Shown here piece after piece: positions 9,150 through 21,228 of a stretch of 64,000 nucleotides of DNA. Position numbers and translations under genes: made by a program. This stretch comes from Nitrospirota bacterium (lineage in GTDB: Bacteria; Nitrospirota; UBA9217): NCBI GenBank assembly GCA_963840455.1, contig CAWIYV010000014.1, positions 128,001 to 192,000 of the forward strand, given 5' to 3'. How positions within the stretch are numbered: position 1 is the stretch's first letter; each line of letters begins with the position of its first letter. Under the pieces are notes generated by a model. That model was not told where the DNA came from. It saw nothing but the letters and a program-made list of their open reading frames with translations, and did no database searches.

Positions 9150-9701
9150 ATGTTGATATTCGACCTCTTTACCATTCTTAAAGACGAGCTGAAGAACGGC
9201 TCGAACAACCTCGTGACCAGGCCGACCGGCCAGGCCGTGCGGGAGCGCATCGAACGGGATATTGAGCAAGCGCCCGATGGTTCCGTGATCGGGCTCGATT
9301 TCTCGAAGGTAGGCGTGATCGATTATTCCTGCTCCGACGAGATCGTCGCCAAGCTCCTGTCCCGGCTTCTGGCAGGCGAGTATGGCGACAAGTACCTCGT
9401 GCTCATCGGTATGAACGAGAACCAGCGCGAGAACATCGAGGTGGCGCTGGAGCGGAAAGACTTGGCGATCGTCGCCGGCACTAGGGAGGGGACCAAGGCG
9501 GTCCTCGGAAGTCTGAACAACTACCTTAAAGACACGCTGGAATTCGTCGCCGAGCGGAAGAAGGCCACGGCCCGGGAGCTTACGGAAGCGAAGAAGATCG
9601 AGGCGAACACGGGCGGGACCCGGCTGTTGAACCTGTACAAGAAACGGCTCGTGCGCAGGGTCGGGGGCGAGGGCGCGATGTGGGCCTATGAAGCCCTGTA
9701 G
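9150..9701 (+). CDS. STAS-like (DUF4325-type) + winged-HTH protein
   Basis: LVTRPTGQAVR, LDFSKVGVIDYSCSDE; C-terminal TARELTEAKKIEANTGGTRLLNLYKKRLVRR. Confidence 0.75.
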   Translation: MLIFDLFTILKDELKNGSNNLVTRPTGQAVRERIERDIEQAPDGSVIGLDFSKVGVIDYSCSDEIVAKLLSRLLAGEYGDKYLVLIGMNENQRENIEVALERKDLAIVAGTREGTKAVLGSLNNYLKDTLEFVAERKKATARELTEAKKIEANTGGTRLLNLYKKRLVRRVGGEGAMWAYEAL

Positions 9702-9758
9702 AATCTGGATCTGCATACGCAGCGAACATCGAAAGAAAAAACGAACAACTTACTTTCT

Positions 9759-9833
9759 ACCACGGAGGTGCTGAGACATGGAGAAGAAAAGAACACTTTA
9801 TGAGGTCATCCGTGATTTCTGTGAATCCGTGGT
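9759..9833. repeat. 9-mer-based inverted-repeat element (family A-like)
   Basis: ACCACGGAGGTGCTGAGACATGGAG ... TCCGTGATTTCTGTGAATCCGTGGT. Confidence 0.7.
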
Positions 9834-9857
9834 GAAAATAGTATTTACTGTCTTCCT

Positions 9858-10325
9858 ATGAACAAGGCCTTCGACAAAATAGCCCTCTTCTTAGCCCAGG
9901 GCGCCTACAGCGGCCGGGCGCCGATCGCGCCGGGTACGGCAGGGACCCTTGTCGGGATACTGCTCTATCTGCTGGTGCGGGACCTGGGCGTGCTGTGGTA
10001 TGGCGCGGTGTGTGCTGCGGTCATTGTTATCGGTACCTGGGCTGCGGGACGCGTGGACCGGATGTTCGGCACCAAGGACAATTCCACCATCGTCATTGAC
10101 GAGATCGCGGGGTACCTGGTCGCCATGCTGCTGGTCCCCGGAACATGGCAGTACATCGCTGCCGCGTTCTTCCTCTTCCGTGCCTTCGACATCGTCAAAC
10201 CCTTCCCGCTTCGGCGTCTCGAGCATCTGCCCGGCGGTCTCGGGGTGATGCTCGATGATATCGGAGCGGGGGTGTATACGAATGTTGTTCTGCAGGTCGC
10301 TTCAATTTTCCTGGCCAAAGGATAG
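9858..10325 (+). CDS. pgpA: Phosphatidylglycerophosphatase A
   Basis: APGTAGT, IVIDEIAG, FRAFDIVKPFP, GGLGVMLDD. Confidence 0.95.
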   Translation: MNKAFDKIALFLAQGAYSGRAPIAPGTAGTLVGILLYLLVRDLGVLWYGAVCAAVIVIGTWAAGRVDRMFGTKDNSTIVIDEIAGYLVAMLLVPGTWQYIAAAFFLFRAFDIVKPFPLRRLEHLPGGLGVMLDDIGAGVYTNVVLQVASIFLAKG

Positions 10326-10465
10326 AGATACGATCTTGATCGGGCGGGAGGTCCACATGCGTGCGGAGTGCGGAAAGCGGAGTGCGGAGCGGAATAACAG
10401 CGAAAAAAGCGGTTCAGCCTTGTTTAGTCGTGTCCCTGTGTTGTTCTCTTTGGGGGTATTCAACC

Positions 10466-11701
10466 ATGCGTGCTGAGATCATAGCAACGGGTTCCGAACT
10501 GCTCTCCGGCGGGGTCGTGGACACCAATTCCGTGTTCCTTGCCGAAGAGCTGCTCGAGATCGGCATCGAGACCTCCTTCAAGACCATTGTCGGGGACGAC
10601 GAGAAGGACATGGAAGACGCTGTCCGCACTGCCCGGGAGCGTGTGGACGTCATCCTCGTCACCGGCGGGATCGGCCCTACTGAGGATGACATTACGCGCA
10701 AGGCCTTGGCCCGGGTACTGAAGAAGCGGCTGGTGCTGAGCGATGACGCGCTGAAGGCGGTGAAGGCCGTGTTCAAGGCCAAAGGGAAGGAGTACCCAGG
10801 TGCCAACGACCGCCAGGCGCTCATTCCTGCGGGAGCGCGGCTGCTCAGAAATCCCGTCGGCGTGGCGCCCGGCTTCATGCTCGTCGAGGATGAAAAATTC
10901 GTCGCTGTCCTGCCCGGCGTTCCCGCGGAGATGCAGGCCATGTTCCGCGAAAGTCTGCGCCCGGCCATCGAGGAACATTTTGGCGGCAAGGCGGTCATCC
11001 GCAGGAAGGTGCTGCACACCTGCGGTCTGTCCGAGTCAAAGGTCAATGAACTGATCCAGGACATCTTAAAGCAGAAGCGCCCTGCCGTGGGGCTCACCGC
11101 CCGGGAGACGGGCGTGGACATCCGCATCGTTGCCCATGAGGGGAGCGGGGCCCGGTCCCGCTCGACCATAGAGCGGACCGAAGCCGATATCCGGAAGAAG
11201 CTGGGCGATGCGGTCTACGGTGTGGACGGACAGGAAATGGAAGAGGTCGTGGGCGCATTGCTCACCCAGAGGAAAAGGACGCTTGCCGTCGCTGAGTCCT
11301 GCACCGGCGGGCTGATCAGCGGAAGGTTCACGAACATCGCGGGCAGCTCGGCGTATTTCGAGCGGGGCGTGGTGGTCTACAGCAATGCCGCCAAGACCGA
11401 ACTTCTCGGCGTCCCTGCAGAGCTGATCGAGCGCCACGGCGCGGTGAGCCGCGAAGTGGCAAAGGTCATGGCGCAGGGGATATGCGAACGGTCAAAGACA
11501 GACCTGGGCCTATCGGTCACGGGCATTGCCGGCCCTTCGGGCGGAACACCGGAGAAGCCCGTGGGCCTCGTGTACATCGCCCTTGCGTCGCCCGATGGTG
11601 TCAAGGCGGACGAACACCGCTTCCTGGGCACGCGCAGCCAGGTCCGTCAGCGGACCGCCCAGATGGCGATGGATATGGTGAGGAGATACCTGATAGCCTA
11701 G
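10466..11701 (+). CDS. cinA: Competence/damage-inducible protein CinA (MoCF-like + NMN deamidase)
   Basis: GSELLSG...DTNS, TGGIGPTEDDIT, AESCTGG, TGIAGP. Confidence 0.95.
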   Translation: MRAEIIATGSELLSGGVVDTNSVFLAEELLEIGIETSFKTIVGDDEKDMEDAVRTARERVDVILVTGGIGPTEDDITRKALARVLKKRLVLSDDALKAVKAVFKAKGKEYPGANDRQALIPAGARLLRNPVGVAPGFMLVEDEKFVAVLPGVPAEMQAMFRESLRPAIEEHFGGKAVIRRKVLHTCGLSESKVNELIQDILKQKRPAVGLTARETGVDIRIVAHEGSGARSRSTIERTEADIRKKLGDAVYGVDGQEMEEVVGALLTQRKRTLAVAESCTGGLISGRFTNIAGSSAYFERGVVVYSNAAKTELLGVPAELIERHGAVSREVAKVMAQGICERSKTDLGLSVTGIAGPSGGTPEKPVGLVYIALASPDGVKADEHRFLGTRSQVRQRTAQMAMDMVRRYLIA

Positions 11702-11776
11702 GAGACAGGAGCCAGAATTCAGGAGTCAGGAGGTAACTATTTCTTCCTGGCTTCTGACTCCTGGCTCCCGACTACT
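11700..11776. repeat. Heptamer-based inverted repeat (family B)
   Basis: AGGAGAC AGGAGCC AGAATTC AGGAGTC ... CCTGGCT TCTGACT CCTGGCT CCCGACT. Confidence 0.8.
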
Positions 11777-11783
11777 GCATGAT

Positions 11784-12341
11784 ATGAGATTATTCATTGC
11801 CATAGAGCTCCCCGATGAGATCAAGCAGGGGATCGCCAGGATCCAGGAGCAGCTCCGCAAGGCCGGCGCAAGCGCGGGCTGGACGCGGCCCGAAGGCATC
11901 CACCTGACGCTCCAATTCCTGGGCGAGGTGCCTGACGCGAACGTGCAGGAGATCATGCAGGCGCTCGACGGAGCGGTCAAAGGGACCGGAAAGCTCAGCC
12001 TCACGGTGGAAGGCACAGGGATGTTTCCGAATGTGAAAAATCCGCGGGTGCTCTGGATCGGTGTTGGCGGCGATATCGAAAGACTTGCCGGGCTTCAGGC
12101 CTTTATCGAGGACGCGATGGAAAAAATCGGTTTCGAGCGTGAAGCGCGGAAATTCAGCCCCCATCTCACGCTGGCGCGCATCAAGTTCCCGAAGCCCCGG
12201 GACAACTGGCAGCAGAAGATCGAGGGGATGAAGGACGTGAAGCTCGGCGGATTAGAGGCCGGTCACGTGAGTCTCATGAAGAGCGAACTGAAGCGCGAGG
12301 GAGCGGTGTATACGGAAGTGGGAAGAGTGGAACTGCAGTGA
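11784..12341 (+). CDS. thpR: RNA 2',3'-cyclic phosphodiesterase (2H family)
   Basis: MRLFIAI; two HxT motifs (IHLTL, PHLTL). Confidence 0.95.
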   Translation: MRLFIAIELPDEIKQGIARIQEQLRKAGASAGWTRPEGIHLTLQFLGEVPDANVQEIMQALDGAVKGTGKLSLTVEGTGMFPNVKNPRVLWIGVGGDIERLAGLQAFIEDAMEKIGFEREARKFSPHLTLARIKFPKPRDNWQQKIEGMKDVKLGGLEAGHVSLMKSELKREGAVYTEVGRVELQ

Positions 12342-12492
12342 CAAGCGACAAGGGACAAGTGACGAGCCGCAGCAGAGAACACGTTAAAAGGGATCCTTTT
12401 CGTCTCTCGTCATGAGCTCGAAAGCATAAGAACCATTTGGACACACTCCATACGATATATTACCGGGGACGAACCCGGAAAGGAGAACGAAC

Positions 12493-13587
12493 ATGGCTGA
12501 CAAGGACAAATTGAAGGCATTGGAACTGGCGGTGGGCCAGATCGAGAAGCAGTTCGGCAAGGGCTCCATCATGCGGCTGGACAAGGACGAGGTGCCGGCG
12601 AACGTTGCCGCGATCTCGACGGGCTCTCTGGGGCTCGACGTGGCCTTAGGGATAGGTGGCGTGCCGCGCGGCAGGATCGTCGAGGTCTACGGCCCCGAGT
12701 CGTCGGGCAAGACCACCCTGGCGCTCAACATCATCGCCCAGGCCCAGAAGACCGGGGGCCAGGCAGCCTTCATCGACGCCGAGCATGCCCTCGACGTGGC
12801 CTATGCCCGGAAGCTGGGCGTCAAGACCGACGAACTGCTCATCTCCCAGCCTGATACGGGCGAGCAGGCGCTCGAGATCACCGAGACGCTGGTGCGGAGC
12901 GGCGCCATCGACGTCATCGTCGTGGACTCAGTGGCGGCGCTGACGCCCCGCGCGGAGATCGAGGGCGAGATGGGCGATGCCCACATGGGCCTCCAGGCGC
13001 GGCTCATGAGCCAGGCGCTCCGGAAGCTCACCGGCGCCATCAGCAAGTCAAACACCACGCTTGTCTTCATCAACCAGATCCGCATGAAGATCGGCGTCAT
13101 GTTCGGCAACCCCGAGACAACGACGGGCGGCAACGCGCTCAAGTTCTACGCCTCGGTCCGGCTCGACATCCGGAAGGTCTCGGCCATCAAGGAAGGCGAG
13201 GAAGTGACGGGCGGCCGCGTCCGCGTGAAGGTGGTGAAGAACAAGATCGCGCCGCCCTTCCGCTCCGCGGAGTTCGATGTCATGTTCAACGAGGGCATCT
13301 CCAAGCTCGGCGAGATCATCGACATCGGCGTGGAGAAGAACATCATCGAGAAGAGCGGCGCCTGGTTCTCGTACAGCGGCACGCGCATCGGCCAGGGCCG
13401 GGAGAACGTAAAGCTGTACTTCCAGGAGCACCCGGATATGGCCGCCGAGATCGAGGCGAAGGTCCGGGAATCCTACGGACTGAAGCCCCCGGAGACCGCT
13501 GCGGCCGCGGCCCCGGAAAAGGAAACGAAGGAAAAAGAGGCTGCTCCCGAAAAAGAGAAGCCGGCGAAAGCCTCGCGGGCCAAGTGA
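12493..13587 (+). CDS. recA: Recombinase RecA
   Basis: [32 protein letters not shown]. Confidence 0.99.
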   Translation: MADKDKLKALELAVGQIEKQFGKGSIMRLDKDEVPANVAAISTGSLGLDVALGIGGVPRGRIVEVYGPESSGKTTLALNIIAQAQKTGGQAAFIDAEHALDVAYARKLGVKTDELLISQPDTGEQALEITETLVRSGAIDVIVVDSVAALTPRAEIEGEMGDAHMGLQARLMSQALRKLTGAISKSNTTLVFINQIRMKIGVMFGNPETTTGGNALKFYASVRLDIRKVSAIKEGEEVTGGRVRVKVVKNKIAPPFRSAEFDVMFNEGISKLGEIIDIGVEKNIIEKSGAWFSYSGTRIGQGRENVKLYFQEHPDMAAEIEAKVRESYGLKPPETAAAAAPEKETKEKEAAPEKEKPAKASRAK

Positions 13588-13863
13588 GTGACAAGCGGTG
13601 CCACGATGGCAACGGGTCTTTCGCGGGCACCAGGAACGCAACGTGGTTCGTATACGAATTTCGACGGGGGAACGTGGGCGATCATCCTTCTTCAGGGCGG
13701 CAAAAAGCCAGGCTTCGCTTTTTCCTGCAGGGGCGGCGACCTGCTCTGGCAGCCGGGTCCCGTATCTTCCTCTCGTACTATTCAGTAAATTCAGGTATAA
13801 TTATCCTTGATCATCCGCCGAACAGGCCTGGTCCTAGTCGGCAGAAGGAACGAGGAGGCTTCA

Positions 13864-15123
13864 ATGGCACTGAGCGATCTGCTTAAGATGACGTTCGAAA
13901 GAAAGGCGTCGGACCTTCACCTGAAGGTCGGCGTGCCGCCGGTGCTCAGGATCGACGGCCACCTGGCCCCCCTCGAGAACGAGAAGCGGCTGACCCAAGA
14001 CGACGCAATAGCGATAGCGTCCAGCATCATGAACCCTTCACAGAAGGCGCGGTTCAACGAGAAGAACGAGCTGGACATGGCTTATGCTGTGCCGGGCCTC
14101 GGCCGGTTCCGCGTGAACATCTTCAAGCAGCGCGGCAGTGTCGGCATGGTCTTCCGCATGGTCCCGGCAAAGATCCTGAACTTCGATGACCTCGTGCTCC
14201 CGCAGGTGCTGATGAAGATCGCCCAGGAGCAGCGCGGGCTCATCCTGGTGACCGGGACCACCGGGAGCGGCAAGTCCACGACCCTGGCCGCCATGATCGA
14301 CTACATCAACACTGCCCGGACGACCAATATCGTCACCATCGAGGACCCCATCGAGTTCCTGCACCGGGACAAGAAGAGCATCGTGAACCAGCGCGAGATC
14401 GGCTCTGACACCTTCAGTTTCGGCGACGCCCTCCGGAGCGCTCTTCGCCAGGATCCGGACGTCATCCTCGTCGGTGAAATGCGCGATTTCGAGACCATCT
14501 CGATCGCCCTGACCGCCGCGGAGACCGGCCATCTCGTGCTTTCCACCCTTCACACCGTAGACACCACGGAGACCATCAACCGGATCATCAGCGTGTTCCC
14601 GCCGTACCAGCAGAAGCAGGTAAGGATGCAGCTTGCCGCCGTGATCAAGGGGATCATCTCCCAACGCCTTGTTTCCCGCGCTGACGGCAAGGGCCGCGTA
14701 CCGGCCGTTGAGGTGATGCTCGGGACCCTCTCGGTCCGCGAATCCATCATCGACGATACGAAGACCCGCAACATCCCCCAGATCATCTCCACCGGCATGG
14801 TCCACTACGGCATGCAGACCTTCGACCAGTCCCTCCTCGGGCTTTACAAGAAGGGCCTCATCACCTATGAGGAGGCGCTCCTGTCGGCCAGCAACCCCGA
14901 TGATTTCGCGCTCAAGGTCAAAGGCATCCAGTCAACCAGCGATATCTCCCTGGAAGAGGACGAAAAAAAACGGGGCGGCACGGGGATCCGGGGGACCATC
15001 GGCGGTACAGCACCGAAGCCTGGCGGTACGACGGGTACTACCCAGAAACCGAGGGAGGCACAGGAGTACAAAGGAACATCAGGCGACAGCGACTTCAAGA
15101 TAGACCGTTTTGGGGACAAGTAG
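13864..15123 (+). CDS. pilT: Type IV pilus retraction ATPase, PilT/PilU family
   Basis: ASDLHL, GTTGSGKSTT, TIEDPIE, ALRQDPDVILVGEMRD, TGHLVLSTLH; lacks the canonical AIRNLIRE motif. Confidence 0.9.
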   Translation: MALSDLLKMTFERKASDLHLKVGVPPVLRIDGHLAPLENEKRLTQDDAIAIASSIMNPSQKARFNEKNELDMAYAVPGLGRFRVNIFKQRGSVGMVFRMVPAKILNFDDLVLPQVLMKIAQEQRGLILVTGTTGSGKSTTLAAMIDYINTARTTNIVTIEDPIEFLHRDKKSIVNQREIGSDTFSFGDALRSALRQDPDVILVGEMRDFETISIALTAAETGHLVLSTLHTVDTTETINRIISVFPPYQQKQVRMQLAAVIKGIISQRLVSRADGKGRVPAVEVMLGTLSVRESIIDDTKTRNIPQIISTGMVHYGMQTFDQSLLGLYKKGLITYEEALLSASNPDDFALKVKGIQSTSDISLEEDEKKRGGTGIRGTIGGTAPKPGGTTGTTQKPREAQEYKGTSGDSDFKIDRFGDK

Positions 15124-15145
15124 TACCGACTGGTGTGAGGCATGC

Positions 15146-15676
15146 ATGGTGGGCAATGAGGGGGCTGGGGAACCATCAACAGGGGCGCAGCACGCTGCGC
15201 CCCGCTCTGTTCCTGAAGACAAGGGGCTCAAACAGGCCAAGAACACCGCCTACCGCTATCTCACTATCAGGCCCCGCAGCCGTGTCGAGGTCGAGCGGAA
15301 ACTGCAAGATCGGGAATTTCCCCCCGACATTGTCTCCTCCGTCATCGATCACCTGATCAAGCTCGGTTATCTGAACGATGAGCAGTTCGCCCGTCAATGG
15401 GCCGCAAGCCGGGTCCGGAGCAGGGGATTCGGCAGGCGCCGGCTCGAGCAGGAACTCCGGAGCAAGGGCGTCAGCCGCGACACCATCAAGGAGACCCTCG
15501 GCGCCCTGTTCGAGGACGGATCCGAGACAGAGGTTGCCCGCAAGGAAGCGGACAAGAAGCTCAGGACCCTGACCCGGTTCGAGCCGGGGGTCCGCCGCAG
15601 ACGGCTGGCCGGCTTCCTGGAACGCAAGGGATTCTCCTCCGAGATCATCCGGACGATCCTTCGCACGGTCCTGTGA
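15146..15676 (+). CDS. recX: Regulatory protein RecX
   Basis: AYRYLTIRPRS..E, GYLNDEQFA, LEQELRSKGV, FLERKGF; downstream of recA. Confidence 0.9.
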   Translation: MVGNEGAGEPSTGAQHAAPRSVPEDKGLKQAKNTAYRYLTIRPRSRVEVERKLQDREFPPDIVSSVIDHLIKLGYLNDEQFARQWAASRVRSRGFGRRRLEQELRSKGVSRDTIKETLGALFEDGSETEVARKEADKKLRTLTRFEPGVRRRRLAGFLERKGFSSEIIRTILRTVL

Positions 15677-15976
15677 GATCCTGGCAGTGATTAAGCATAT
15701 ACTGCGTGATGCGTGGCTCGTGACTCAAATGCGGCCAAAATGGAGCGACGGCTCTGCATCGCACAACATTGTCCTTGGCATCACGAAGGGGCCGGAGGTC
15801 GAGCTCGGGCGTGACGCGTGCGGCATCTGGTAGAGGCGGCGGAGATGCTCGGCGTACCCGGGCTCGCAAGCAAGGCGCTCCAGATCCCGCACTAATCTGT
15901 TGAATTCTTCCTTTTTTTCTGCTATTTTCCAATGTATTGTAACCGTTCTCATTTTCCTGTTATCACGAGGTGTGTT

Positions 15977-18616
<2,640 letters not shown>

Positions 18617-18636
18617 GACGGACGATCCTTTCGCAC

Positions 18637-18677
18637 AAAAGCGGCCATTCCCCGATGCGGGAGTGTCCGCTTATTTT
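18637..18677 (+). terminator. Probable terminator after alaS
   Basis: AAGCGGCCATTCCC/GGGAGTGTCCGCTT stem followed by ATTTT. Confidence 0.55.
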
Positions 18678-18713
18678 ATAGCATCATCCCATCCGCCGCT
18701 TTCCTTTCCCTAC

Positions 18714-18832
18714 CTGAATCCAGGAGCGAGCGCATTCCCCGTTGCTTGCTACGGGGGTTAGCGAGCGATGAGAATAACGATAACTTCCTTGACGATCGAA
18801 GATTCCCGCAGCTTGCTGCAGGGACCTTCAAT
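18714..18832 (+). repeat. Most complete copy of dispersed MITE/REP-like element (family C)
   Basis: Two terminal hairpins CCCCGTTGC-TT-GCTACGGGG and TCCCGCAGC-TT-GCTGCAGGGA; related segments at 4581, 30303 and 31297-31346 (minus strand). Confidence 0.8.
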
Positions 18833-18921
18833 TCCTTTCTATGCTATAATAGAGCCAGCCAATTGGAGCATATGATGCTACAATACTATCTCGTTGATAT
18901 CGTTCATGAAGGAGGGAAACC

Positions 18922-19236
18922 ATGTTGATCGGAGAGGTCATTAAGAAGGCAATGCTGGTCGGGCTGGGAGCGCAGGAGAAGGCAAAGGAGTTCGTCGACG
19001 AACTGGTGAAGGCCGGTGAGCTTTCGAAAGGTGAGGCCTCGACGCTGGTGAAGGAGTGGACAACCAAGGCCGAGGAGAGCACCAAGGAATTCGACAAGCG
19101 CGTCAAGGAGACCGTTGCGAACATCCTCGAAAAGCTCAACATCCCGACACGCGAGGACATGGAGAAGCTCGAGAAGAAGGTCCAGGCCTTGAACAGCCGG
19201 CTCAAGAAGCTCGAAGGCGGGGCCTCCGAGGAGTAA
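18922..19236 (+). CDS. Phasin-like (PhaF/PhaI-type) coiled-coil protein
   Basis: KKAMLVGLGA...VDELVKAGELS...LNIPTREDM..LE; adjacent to UbiB-family gene. Confidence 0.8.
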   Translation: MLIGEVIKKAMLVGLGAQEKAKEFVDELVKAGELSKGEASTLVKEWTTKAEESTKEFDKRVKETVANILEKLNIPTREDMEKLEKKVQALNSRLKKLEGGASEE

Positions 19237-19255
19237 TCTCTCAGGGAGAGATGCC

Positions 19256-20962
19256 ATGTCCTTCCTGGGGTTTTGGAGACGACACTACCGGGACATTCCC
19301 CGCGTGCGGCAGATCCTGCTCGTGGCGTCGCGCCACGGGTTCGGCCACCTCGTCGAGCAGACCGGTCTGCAGCGCGTCCTGTCATTCGGCAGGCGCGTGG
19401 TCTCGTTCCGGAAACAGCCGTTGCCCTGCCATCGGCTGAGCGCTCCTGGCCGCCTGCGGAGCATGTTCGAGGAACTGGGCCCCACCTTCATCAAGCTGGG
19501 ACAGGTCCTGGCATGCCGGCCTGACCTCCTTCCCCTGGAGTACGCCAAGGAGCTTGCCGGGCTGACCGATTCCGTCGCTCCATTCCCCTTCGCCGAGGCC
19601 AGAGATATCATTGAAAAGGACCTCGGCGCCCCGCTCGGATCGCTGTTCGCCTCGTTCGAACCCAAACCCATTGCCGCCGCGTCCATCGCCCAGGTGCACC
19701 AAGCCGTCCTGCCTGACGGCCGCGAGGTGATGGTCAAGGTCCAGCGGCCCAACATCGAGGAGAACATCACCCGGGACATCAGCATCCTGCGGGGCATCGC
19801 CCAGCTGATCGACACGCATGTCCACGAGCTCCAGCCCTTCAACGTTCCCGGCATCGTGGAGGAGTTCAACCGCACCATCAACAAGGAACTCGATTTCTTC
19901 ATCGAGGGGTCCAGCGCCGCCCAGCTCAGGAGCAATTTCACCGAAAGCACGGTCCTGTACATCCCCGAGGTCCATGCCGAGCTGTCAAGCAAGCGCGTGC
20001 TGGTGCTCGAACGGATCGACGGCGTGCGCATCGACGATTACGCGGGAATAGAGCGGATGGGCTTCGATCGGAAGGACATCGCACTCAAGGGCGCCGGTGC
20101 TTTCTTCAAGATGGTCCTGCAGGATGGGCTGTTCCACGCGGATCCACACCCCGGCAATATCTTCGTCCTCGCCGACGGCAGGCTCGGCCTCGTGGACTTC
20201 GGCATCATGGGCCGTGTGACCGAGGAGAACCGGGAGCATTTCGCCAGCGTCCTGGTGGCCCTCGCCGGACATGACTACGATGCCCTGACGCGGCAGTACG
20301 TGAACCTGGGGTTCGTGTCCGAGGAATCGGTCGACATCGATCAGTTCAAACGGGACCTGAAGGAGGACCTCGCCGAGCTGCTGGAGCCCTATTATGGCAT
20401 GACGATCCGGCAGATCGACTTCGGGACGTATGTGGAACGGGTCACCCACCTCCTGCACCGGCACAAGCTCAAAGTCCCGCAGAACCTCTATCTCATGGAC
20501 AAGGCCCTGCTCACCCTGGAGGGCATCCTGAAGCAGCTCGACCCGGGGTTCGATTACTTCGCTGCGGCGCAGCCTTACGTGGAGGACCTGGTCAAGCGGA
20601 AGCACCATCCTCGGCAGCTGCTGCGCACGGCGCAGAAGAACCTTACCGCTCTGTCCGACATGGCGAACAATCTTCCACGCCAGCTGCGGAGCGTCATCGG
20701 CAAGGTCATGCGGGGCGACATCCAGGTGAAGCTCCAGCACGAAGGACTCCGGCACGCTGTCCGGGACCTCGACAGGTCCAGCAACCGGATCGCCTTCAGC
20801 CTCATCACCGCCGCCATCATCGTGGCATCGTCCATCATCATCCACTCCGGCCAGGGCCAGAAGCTCTTCGGGCTTCCCGTCTTCGGCCTCATCGGCTATG
20901 TCATCGCCGGCCTGTTCGGCATCTGGATCATCATCGGCATCCTCCGCTCGGGTCAGCTCTAA
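19256..20962 (+). CDS. ubiB: AarF/UbiB/ABC1 atypical kinase
   Basis: LGPTFIKLGQ, AAASIAQVH, VKVQRP, FHADPHPGN, LVDFG. Confidence 0.92.
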   Translation: MSFLGFWRRHYRDIPRVRQILLVASRHGFGHLVEQTGLQRVLSFGRRVVSFRKQPLPCHRLSAPGRLRSMFEELGPTFIKLGQVLACRPDLLPLEYAKELAGLTDSVAPFPFAEARDIIEKDLGAPLGSLFASFEPKPIAAASIAQVHQAVLPDGREVMVKVQRPNIEENITRDISILRGIAQLIDTHVHELQPFNVPGIVEEFNRTINKELDFFIEGSSAAQLRSNFTESTVLYIPEVHAELSSKRVLVLERIDGVRIDDYAGIERMGFDRKDIALKGAGAFFKMVLQDGLFHADPHPGNIFVLADGRLGLVDFGIMGRVTEENREHFASVLVALAGHDYDALTRQYVNLGFVSEESVDIDQFKRDLKEDLAELLEPYYGMTIRQIDFGTYVERVTHLLHRHKLKVPQNLYLMDKALLTLEGILKQLDPGFDYFAAAQPYVEDLVKRKHHPRQLLRTAQKNLTALSDMANNLPRQLRSVIGKVMRGDIQVKLQHEGLRHAVRDLDRSSNRIAFSLITAAIIVASSIIIHSGQGQKLFGLPVFGLIGYVIAGLFGIWIIIGILRSGQL

Positions 20963-21228
20963 CGTTGGATGCAACCCATACTCTCAACGCACAAATAATA
21001 TTTCATCGCGGGAACACTGAGGAAGCTGATGTATGCGGAAAAGAGCTCCGCTTGATGCGCTTCCGTGCATGAAACCCTCGCGACCTGTGTGCTTCACGTT
21101 TTACCAGCGTTATCAAGGCTTGTCCTGATATCGTCTAACCGGTTGACGAAAATCCCCGGACGGTTTATAGTATTGCCGGCCCGTGTGCTGCATCCCTTGA
21201 TGATGCCGTGACAGGTTGGCCCTTCTCT

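Noticed and set aside
12420-12492. LexA box upstream of recA
   Set aside because: GAAC motifs occur, but no GAAC-N4-GTTC, CTGT-N8-ACAG or other clear SOS box.
13600-13760. Second GEMM riboswitch before pilT (GCAACGGGTCTT ... CAGCCGGG)
   Set aside because: Lacks the GYAAAC/GAC.GAAAG core and the spacing is wrong; probably coincidental.
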